Source of the DNA: Elsinoe ampelina
Lineage: Eukaryota
DNA: 20,000 bases
Assembly (NCBI GenBank): GCA_010093995.1
Contig: ML992510.1
Location: 746,177-766,176 of the forward strand
Reading direction: 5' to 3'
The first letter of the stretch is position 1. Every line of letters begins with the position of its first letter. Below the pieces are notes generated by a model. That model was not told where the DNA came from. It did no database searches and saw only the letters and a program-made list of their open reading frames with translations. Positions 12,280 to 20,000 of the stretch are shown in pieces. Both the position numbers and the translations under genes were made by a program.

Positions 12280-12374
12280 AGTTTTTAGAAGAAAGAGAAG
12301 AGATATTCTAACAAGGGAGAAGCCTTATATATATATTAAAGCGTTCTATTGTCTTATTATTATAGACAATAGAA
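12280..12374 (-). promoter_or_regulatory. Putative promoter of cargo gene A
   Basis: Perfect 11-bp inverted repeat TTCTATTGTCT (12344-12354) / AGACAATAGAA (12364-12374), TATATATATAT 12326-12336, then a CT-rich tract on the minus strand. Confidence 0.58.
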
Positions 12375-12668
12375 GGCTCCTATACTAATTAAGAGAAAAA
12401 GAATACGAGAAGAAATAAGGTAGCCTACTAATTATTATTATAGCTAGCATAATAGTAGCTAGAAAATAAAGAAATAACGTTGTTATATATACTAGGTAAG
12501 GTAAATTTATATATAAAGTTAAGTAGAGCTACACTTTATATTTCTTACCTAATACTAAGACTCTATAAACGGACCTTCGTATATAGCGTAATAACGCTCC
12601 GAAGGTAGTCTACTCTTTCTCTACTACTAGAGGGTTTTAATAAGGGACTAGCCTAAGGATAGGCCTAT

Positions 12669-12683
12669 AGAGAAAAAGACAAT
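12669..12683 (+). other. Polypurine tract of Gypsy-2
   Basis: AGAGAAAAAGACAAT immediately before the LTR start. Confidence 0.7.
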
Positions 12684-12891
12684 TATAATAGGAACTATAA
12701 ACTTATAACTAGTAGATAGACGTCGGAGATACGTTACTCTAGCTACGATCCTATATAGTATATATAGTAGTTCCTAACCTTCTATAGAGAGGTTAGGAAT
12801 TTATCGTTGTATTTATATAGTATATACTTCTCCTCTATTACTCCTCTGTCTTAGAGACATTATACCTGCCCTATCTAGATACTCTATTATA
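12684..12891 (+). repeat. Gypsy-2 3' LTR (208 bp)
   Basis: 8-bp terminal inverted repeats TATAATAG...CTATTATA (<TGTAACGG...CCGTTACA), preceded by a PPT. Internal TATA and 10-bp hairpin. Gypsy-3 pol resumes at 12892. Confidence 0.75.
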
Positions 12892-14909
12892 GTAAGGCTA
12901 TATAACTACTCTATCTTCGGGTACTTATAGACTAAAGCGCCGTCCTACTACTCTAGTATAGAGGCCTCTATTATTGTTATATTCTTTAAATAATCTAGCT
13001 ATCGGCTAAGAGCGTCTACTCTACTGTTCTTTAATCCCTTAATATAGTAGATCTAAAAGTTATAGCTTATAAGTGTTTCTAACTATCGAACCTATTATCT
13101 ATTAAGAACCTTAGTTATTATCTAATATAGAAGGTTCTTATAGTCGGTATAGACTTATACTAGTAAGGTTGTCTCTTCTAGGTATACTTTCTATTTATAG
13201 AATACTTCTATAATTATAAGTAGTTCCTTATTATATATATCGTAGTTAAGTTTAGGTCTAGTTATCTTTTGTAAGTAGTATACGATCGAGTAGTGTCGTT
13301 CCTTAGTATCTTTCTACGCTAGATACGCTTCTATTATAAAGTCTAAGGCATCTATTTCTAGTAGTACTTATCGGTCTAGATCGAAGAGTACTAGGATAAG
13401 TACTATTATAAGCCTAAGCTTTAGCTCCTTAAAGGCCTACCTATATCTCTTATTAAATATAAAGCTAGTCTCTTTCTTCGTAAGGTTAGATATTAGTATA
13501 ACTACTTTAGAGAATCCCTTAATAAACTTATAGTAGTAGTTAAAGAATCCTAGTAGTACTTAGACCTCCTTAACTATAGTAGGTTCTAGCTAGTTATTTA
13601 CTAATTTGATCTTCTTTAGATTAGGTCTAATACTATTAGTAGATATAATATAGTTTAGAAATTATATCTTATACTTATAGAACTTATACTTAGAGAGTTT
13701 TACTAGTAGGTCTTTCTCTTTTAGTTTCTATAGTACTTTATAAATATGTCCTATATGTTTATTATACATCTTTAAGAAGATAATAATATTATCTAAATAT
13801 ACTAAGATAAAGTTATTAAGGTATTCTTATAGAGTGTTATTAATTAACTCTTAGAAGGTTATAGAAGTATTAGTTAACCTAAAGAGTATAACGAGGTACT
13901 TATATAAACTCTATTACGTCCTAAAAGCCGTTTTCTACTCCTTACTCTCCTTTATTTATACTTAATAATAGACATCCCTAATATTAATTATAGTAAACTA
14001 TTTAGCTCTAAGTAGTTAGTCTTAAAGTTTATTAATCCTTAGTAGAGGATAGTAATTCTTCCTAGTAAGTATATTAAGTTTCTAGTAATTAATATATATT
14101 TATAATGTTTTATCTTTTTTAGGTGTAAAAAGCACTCTATATATAATAGGTAATTTTAATAGTTATATAAATCCTTTAAGTAAGTACTTATCGATATAGT
14201 TCTTAAGAATATTCTTCTCTTATTTCGATAGTAGTATAAGACCTTAATAGTGTATTAGAGATTTATTCTCTTCGAAAGGTATTTTGTAATTCTATAGTCT
14301 ATATTAGAGTAAGGCTATAATATCTTTCCTTTCTTTAAATAAGTTCTTAAAGTCTTTATATTCTAGCGAAAGTACTTAATCGCTTATACTAGTAATAGCC
14401 CTAACTATTAGTTATACCTATACTATCCTTATAGTTAGTATCTATAGAGCCGATTATACTCCCTATATCTTATAATTATACTTAGGAAATTCGAGTGTTT
14501 CTTTAATCTAATCTATGTCTAGATTATATTACTAAAGCTAGTCTATACTAAGTACTATATTATACTATATATCTACTATATCGATCGATTGTTTTTCTAT
14601 ATATGTTTCGATTTTAATTATAACATTTTGTAGTTCCTAAGTAACTTTCCTATTCTTTCTTATAGGGGTTCTATCTACTATAGTAAGTAGGTAAAGTAAC
14701 TCCTTCTAATGTTAATAAGGTTTAAGCTAATTAGTAACTATTATAGAGACGTAGCTATAGTTAGCTCCTAAGTCTATTATTACTCTTACCTTATTTCCTT
14801 ATATTTAGACTTCTAGTATAAAGTAATTTAATATATAGATCTTTATTATATTAAGGCTTTAGCTAGTATTATTGTCTTACCTTATTAGGTAATAACTAGC
14901 TAGTTTTTT
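12892..14909 (-). pseudogene. pol: Gypsy-3 pol (PR-RT-RH), truncated before integrase
   Basis: Protease IIDLGAN (~MIDSGAN) ~14760-14780. RT YLDN (YLDD) 13788-13799. RNase H end KGLKNSRVDALSR*LDY ~12990-13040. Confidence 0.92.
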
Positions 14910-16882
14910 ATTATTATAGCTCCTTAGATAAGTAGCTAATCCCTTCCTATACGTATCTACTATTAGTACTATATCTATTAGGCAAGTTATGTCTTATTAT
15001 TACTTAATATAGTAAGGTAAACTTCTAGCGCCTAAGTCCCTTAGTAACTATAAAGTCTAATAATTCTCTACTAGTTATACTAAGTAGTGTCGTATACCTA
15101 TATTAGTATAACTATTCCCTCTAGGTGTAGCTAGGCGTTAGTATTAAAGACGAAAGTAAGTTATATAGATTTATCTTATTATGTCCTATTCTAATAGTAG
15201 GTGTATATTATTATATAATTCCTCTATATCTCTATAAGGTATACTTTAAGTTGTTTGCCTAGTAGTAGTATATCGTTATTGTCGGATAAGTCCTTATCTA
15301 TGTTATTATACTATAGTTGTTTAGTATATTCCTTGTTATATTTCTCTTTATTACTACTACCCCTAGTATAGTTATAGTTAGTAAGGCTATACTAAGTATA
15401 CTCTCGTACTTAGCTATAGGGAATAGTACTACCTATCTCGATTACTAAGAAGTCTATAGTATATTTAAGACTAATAGTATCTTCTCTAAGTATATTATAT
15501 AAGTAGATAGTATAGTACTATTTGTAATTTAGATTTATATACTTCTAGAGCGATATATAATACACTTTTCCTTATAGTTTGCTATAAGGGCTAAAGGTAA
15601 GACTACTATATTATTATATAGTACTTACGTCCTAATACTTTGTCTTAATAATTGTATATTAGTAATTATTGCTAACTACCTTCTAAGGTTAGTTACTATT
15701 ACTACTAATTATAGAGAGCCTTTCTAGGTTAAGCTCCTAGTCTAGCTATTTTATTAGTTACCTACGCTTAGATAGCTTATATAGAAACTAACTAGATCCC
15801 TACTTGTCTAATAAATAAATATAATAAGAGTTATTATAATATACTATCTATAATAGCGTTATATATTAGCTTTGTTATTTACTATTCGTTATAGAGATAT
15901 TAAGTATAATATCTAGAGAGGATTCTCTTACCTCTCGAGTCGTTATAGACTTCTTCTATATTTCCTTACCTACGCTAAAGGTTATTAGGTCTTCTATAGT
16001 AGTATTAGCCTTTTTCTCTACTAGCCTAGTAACTATTATATATAATCTATTAGCTAGCGCCTCTTATCAGTAGTCCCTAGCCTAATACCTAGGTCTTTTA
16101 TACTTAAAATATAGATTATCTTATCTATACTTCTCTTTCTCTTTTCTACTAAGGAACTTTCTTCTATAGCTCTAGCCTTATACCTATAAGGGGCAACTTT
16201 CGCGTATAGCGTTAAGTTCTATAGAGTCTCTATAGTTTTAGGAGAAATACGTATATCTAGTATTTGCCTTATATCCTCTATAACGTTCTATACGTCGTTT
16301 GTAAAGTTAGTTATTAATAGTAATTATAGTATTTACTAGTTCTTAGAGGCTATTAGGTAGCTCGAGTATTATTTAGTCTTTAACTAAGTCGCTTAGTCCT
16401 TAGTAGAATACTAAATATTTAGCACTATTATTCTAATCTAGGTATATTACGAGTTGTTAGAACTAGAAATAGTACTAGGCTATAGACCTACGTTATTATA
16501 GTTATTAGATCTTTGTTATAGTAATGTATTTCTTATTAGATACGTTAAAGACTTACTTAATCTTCGCCTAGAAGATATTTAAGCTCTTAAAGATAGCCTT
16601 TATATCTAGGCTTAGTTATCTATCTAGGTAGCTACTTATATAAGGCTTAAACTACCTAAAGGTAGCGCCTTTAAGGTATATCCTAGTATAGAGGACCTTT
16701 ACTACGTCGTTAGCGTACTTATCCCCTTCTAGAGCAAAGAAGGCTTTAAGTTAAATAAGAAAGCGCCTTAAGTAGATATAGTTTCTATAGAAGAGTTCTA
16801 CCTCTAGCTTAGGCTTACTCTATCCTTCCCCTATACTAAGAGACCTTCTATATTTGCCTAAGGTTAAACTAGTAGTAGATAT
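14900..16882 (-). pseudogene. gag: Gypsy-3 gag with ~390-codon Cys/His-rich C-terminal extension (~660 codons)
   Basis: ELFYRN..YLRRFLI*LKAFF...KVLYTRIYLKGATFR*FKPY capsid segment, SIELNA (~PMELDA) ~16215, CCHC YFKYKRPRY*ARDY 16111-16070. The same frame continues to AAA AAC TAG at 14908-14900. Confidence 0.82.
14903..14909 (-). promoter_or_regulatory. -1 frameshift heptamer A AAA AAC before gag stop TAG
   Basis: In the gag frame, and the protease Asp codon (14774) is in the -1 frame. Confidence 0.8.
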
Positions 16883-16998
16883 ATTATTAATAGTAAGCTT
16901 TTCTAGCTTACTAGCGATTAAAGATACTAATAGTAACTTAAAGCAAGAGTTACTTATTAACCTTGTAGTATACTATACTATAGTAAAGGTAGTTAAAA

Positions 16999-17566
16999 TG
17001 TTATAAACCGTCTAAATATAGTCTATACTAGTAGTCTAAGCTAAGCTAAGAACGAGGTAGTTCTACTTCTATAGTAGTATAGCACTAAGGTAAGAGTTAG
17101 AGAAGGTATNNNNNNNNNNAATATAGTCTATACTAGTAGTCTAAGCTAAGCTAAGAACGAGGTAGTTCTACTTCTATAGTAGTATAGCACTAAGGTAAGA
17201 GTTAGAGAAGGTATATCTTATAGATAATAAAGTATAATTAGATAGTATTATAAAGGGCAGCCTTAGTAATACTAGTATTTACTATCTAGACAAGGTTAAC
17301 TACGGTACTTATATAAGGTAAGGACTATTTCTATATATATATACTTTAACCTACGTACTCTATATACTCTATACGCTCTATAGCGAGAGTTGTAATAAGT
17401 ATAGAGCGCTTAGCTATTCCTAACCCGCGCGCTCTATAGCTTTAGGGGTAGAGCTACTAGAGAAGATAGAGAACTAAGTAAATGTTAGGCTAGGTTACGT
17501 AATAACCTTAGTAGTTTAATTAGTCCTAACGTCCCTACGTTCTAGCTGTCCTACTAGTTCGTAACA
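16999..17566 (-). repeat. Gypsy-3 5' LTR (463 bp after removing gap artefact)
   Basis: Ends TGTTATAAAC...GTTCGTAACA (10-bp inverted repeat allowing RIP). Homologous to 18560-19022. Confidence 0.92.
17110..17119. other. Assembly gap flanked by an exact 95-bp overlap (17015-17109 = 17120-17214)
   Basis: Ten N. Removing the gap and one copy gives 463 bp, the length of the sister LTR. Confidence 0.93.
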
Positions 17567-18559
17567 ATTAGCTATTATAATAACCTAGTTATAATAAAGA
17601 GTATATATAAGAATTACTCTTCTAGTTTTAGCTTTTAGTATTAGTATAAAGGTTCTAATAAAGTTAATACCTACTCTTTAAGTAAAGCCTCTTATAGTCT
17701 AATAAGCCTTATATCTTTTAACTTTACTATTAGTAAGCCTCTTAGTCTTAAAGATCTATTTACCTATTATTAGCCTAATACCTCTTAGTACCTATAATTT
17801 CTTAATAATTAAAAAAGTTTTAGAGTTAGTTAGAGCCTTCTACTCTACCTCTATTATAGCTTACTAGTAATAACTTTTAGGAGAGAATAGTATATCTTTT
17901 ACTATTTATAGGTCTAGCTTAAAATTAATAGCTATAGATCTAATAATCTTACTATTATTAAGTTTCTTATAATTAATCTAGCGATATATTCTAAGGGACT
18001 TTCTAATAGTTTCTTATAGTAAGAGAGATCTCTTCCTTTTACTAGTTAGAGGTTATATATTAAATAGTGTAATAAGGTAGTTAATATCCTTATTCTATAT
18101 ATATATTAGTAGTTAATTAATATTAACTATAGGATTAAAGGTTAAATATAGTTTACTAATAACTTTAGGTAGTAGTATAGTAAGGTCTTTACTCTTATAA
18201 TTAGTAATAATAAGTTACTCTCTCTATTTATTAATAGATTAAGGATCTAGTTTAGAATATTAGTGTTATACTCTCTATTCTTTAATAGGGGTAGATAATT
18301 ATTATTTATATCTAGGGATTAAAGAGTAGTTAGATGTTAGTTGTTTAGCTTAAGGTTATTTAGCCTAAGTAGTTTATAGATTCTTATAACTAAAGGGTAG
18401 TTAATTATAGCTATAGCCTTAATTATAATTACTACTAAATATGTTATAATTGCTACTAAATGTGTTATAATTACTACTAAATATCTACTTCCCCTAAAGC
18501 TATAAAGCCTTAGGTTATTATACCTATAGGATATATAGCTATTTAATAACTTATGTCGC
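17567..18559 (-). mobile_element. Ty1/Copia relic: integrase-RT linker and N-terminal RT
   Basis: Minus strand reads LDL*IVKDIL...Y**AIIEVE*KAL...GK*IFKTK...RYKAY*TIRGFT*RVGINFIRTFIL (~17590-17920). This matches the copia RT signature KWIFKTK...RYKAR..ARGFTQ..GIDF..TFAP. Confidence 0.88.
18423..18485. repeat. 21-bp tandem repeat x3
   Basis: ttataattactactaaatatg / ttataattgctactaaatgtg / ttataattactactaaatatc. Confidence 0.88.
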
Positions 18560-19022
18560 TATTACGAACTATCTAAACATAGCCTACGCTAGTAGTCTAA
18601 GCTAAGCTAAGAACGAGGTAGTTCTACTTCTATAGTAGTATAGCACTAAGGTAAGAGTTAGAGAAGGTATGTCTTATAGATAATAAAGTACAATTAGATA
18701 GTATTATAAAGGCTAGCCTTAGTAATACTAGTGTTTGCTATCTAGACAAGGTTAACTATAGTACTTATATAAGGTAAGGACTATCCCTATATATATATGT
18801 TCTTTATTGTGTTCTTTATATACTCTATATACTCTATAGTAAGAGTCGGAAGTAACATAGAGTATATGTCTACTAGTAACCTATACGCTTTATAGTTTTA
18901 GAAGTAGAGCCGCTAGAGAAGATAGAGAACCGAGTAAATATTAGGCTAGGTTACGTAATAATCTTAGTAGCTTAATTAGTCCTAACGTCCCTATATTCTA
19001 GCTGTTCTACTAGTTTATAACA
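18560..19022 (-). repeat. Gypsy-4 3' LTR (463 bp)
   Basis: TATTACGAAC...GTTTATAACA, colinear with the Gypsy-3 LTR. Confidence 0.92.
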
Positions 19023-19037
19023 TTACTCTCCTTCTTT
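19023..19037 (-). other. Polypurine tract of Gypsy-4
   Basis: Minus strand AAAGAAGGAGAGTAA abuts the LTR TG. Confidence 0.8.
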
Positions 19038-19096
19038 AATCGAGTTGTCCTAATAAGTAAGTATTCTTCCTTGCCTTTATACGCTATATACTAAAC

Positions 19097-19645
19097 ATGT
19101 CTCCTAGTTATTAAAGGCATAGTAAATCTAGTATATCTATATAAAAGAATCTCTTAGAGTTTATTAAACTATTTAGAACTAATATGCTATAGGCTTATTC
19201 TTGTTACAAATTAAAGAGACTAGACTATAAGGTCTATATTTAGTTAGGTATCTATAGCTAGTATATCGTAAGTAACTACTTAGGTTATAATATTTAAGTA
19301 ACAAAATTAGAATAGTAGCGTCTCTAGTCTAAGTATATTTACTTATAAAAGGAATTAGTTATAGCTAAGGCTACTAGAAATAAAGCTAAAGAGGCTTATA
19401 AAAAGGCAAAAGAGGCTCGTTAGAGAGCTATAGATAATAAGCTTTAGCTCTATAAGGAGATATAAAAGTTAGAGGACAAGGCGGAGAAAGTAATCTTTCT
19501 AAAGGAGACTTGTATTTAAGTCTTAAAGTAGAAGAAAATACTATTATTAGTAGATCTCGTCCTTCTATAGAATTAGTAATTGTTTATGCCTAACTCTAAT
19601 TAGAGTTCTTTATTTAGTAACGATTAAGGTACTTCTATTACCTAA
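19097..19645 (+). pseudogene. Antisense cargo ORF D: Zn2Cys6-like cluster plus coiled coil (end approximate)
   Basis: Intact AAC ATG TCT at 19097. Tyr spacing x2-x6-x8-x2-x7 at 19196-19288, followed by an Ala/Glu/Lys-rich helix (KELVIAKATRNKAKEAYKKAKEAR...KLEDKAEK). Confidence 0.75.
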
Positions 19646-20000
19646 GCGATCTTCCTTAGGCATTCTCGTTTTTGTTTAGTGTTAGGAGTGCTAGGTCTAT
19701 CTAGTCGATTTACTTAGGATAGGTTTTCGATCTAGTAATCTAGAATTACTTACGAGGTAAGGTACTTCTCTAGTTCCTATATTACTTCGCTATACTAATG
19801 TCCCTTCTAGTGAATAAGATAGTAGTGTTTTTCTTTTATAAGTTTATAATGTAACACCCTTTCTATCTTATACCGTAGCTCCTATGTTTCTTTATCTAGT
19901 TCGATAGGTCTAGGTATAGTATTCTATAGTACTTTCTCTAGTAGTAATATATAAAAGACTAGATAGATCCTTATATATCTTAGTAGTTCTAGTTTATATA
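19640..20000 (-). pseudogene. pol: Gypsy-4 pol C-terminus (integrase GPY/F region and chromodomain)
   Basis: YKLELLRYIRIYLVFYILLLEK (~YKLELP.HMRIHPVFHVSLLEK) ~19930-19998 and YKIERVL...YYLIH*KGH*YSEVI*ELEKYL ~19757-19875. Confidence 0.9.

Larger units (their letters stand above)
5422..12891 (+). mobile_element. Gypsy-2: chromovirus relic with 2.3-kb cargo region, 5' end interrupted by Gypsy-1
   Basis: gag-pol on +, followed by cargo region 10370-12683, PPT and a 3' LTR. Confidence 0.92.
12892..17566 (-). mobile_element. Gypsy-3: 5' half (LTR-gag-PR-RT-RH), interrupted by Gypsy-2
   Basis: LTR with TG...CA ends, gag, and pol cut ~100 bp after the RNase H end motif. Confidence 0.92.
1..20000. 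other. RIP-mutated AT-rich transposon nest (fungal heterochromatin)
   Basis: Strong TpA excess with TGG/CCA/TGA/TCA nearly absent. Conserved retroelement residues are changed only by transitions (Trp TGG>TAG, Asp GAT>AAT, Cys TGY>TAY, His CAY>TAY, Gln CAR>TAR) while reading frames stay colinear. Confidence 0.95.
18560..20000 (-). mobile_element. Gypsy-4: 3' end of a Gypsy-3-family chromovirus, continues beyond window
   Basis: 3' LTR, adjacent PPT, antisense ORF, chromodomain and integrase C-terminus. Confidence 0.9.

Noticed and set aside
12495..12549. Imperfect hairpin (ATATAAAGT/ACTTTATAT with flanking GGTAAG/CTTACC)
   Set aside because: Short AT-rich palindromes arise readily in RIPped DNA, and there is no independent support.
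17015..17214. Exact 95-bp direct repeat inside the Gypsy-3 LTR
   Set aside because: The copies flank a 10-N gap and are identical despite RIP. Collapsing them gives exactly the 463-bp sister LTR length, so this is a scaffolding overlap.
18423..18485. CRISPR-like repeat array
   Set aside because: Units are contiguous with no spacers, and the context is eukaryotic with no cas genes.
16999..19022. Two same-orientation LTRs bracketing ~1 kb as a small non-autonomous (TRIM-like) element
   Set aside because: The left LTR is followed by Gypsy-3 gag, the right LTR has its own PPT and pol outside the pair, and the interior is Copia pol.
18560..19022. Solo LTR with 4-bp TSD (TCGC/TTAC)
   Set aside because: The right flank is a polypurine tract leading into chromodomain/integrase sequence, so it is a 3' LTR.
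1..20000. Alternative genetic code or stop readthrough explaining the many in-frame TAG/TAA codons
   Set aside because: Stops replace Trp, Gln and Arg alike and co-occur with Asp>Asn and Cys>Tyr changes at catalytic sites, which is RIP damage rather than recoding.

Overview
Fungal (ascomycete-type) heterochromatic repeat block with no intact host gene. The whole window is heavily mutated by repeat-induced point mutation (RIP): TpA is everywhere and TGG/CCA and TGA/TCA are almost absent. Reading through C>T/G>A damage resolves a nest of five LTR retrotransposon relics. A Ty1/Copia fragment (17567-18559, -) was invaded by Gypsy-3 (12892-17566, -) and Gypsy-4 (18560->20000, -), which share a 463-bp LTR family. 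Gypsy-2 (5422-12891, +) interrupts Gypsy-3 pol, and Gypsy-1 (<1-5421, -) interrupts Gypsy-2 gag. Gypsy-1, -2 and -3 each show gag and pol joined by an in-frame -1 slippery site. Gypsy-1, -2 and -4 end pol in a chromodomain. The main finding is that every Gypsy 3' region visible here carries antisense cargo genes. Gypsy-2 has two tandem paralogous relic genes, each with an inferred C-x2-C-x20-C-x9/11-C-x2-C-x6-C Zn-cluster-like motif, a ~47-nt intron at the identical position, and a matching promoter (ATTGT/ACAAT inverted pair, TATA, CT tract). Gypsy-4 has a canonically spaced Zn2Cys6-like + coiled-coil antisense ORF, and Gypsy-1 shows the acidic tail of another antisense ORF. All protein reconstructions are manual de-RIP inferences; no database search was run.
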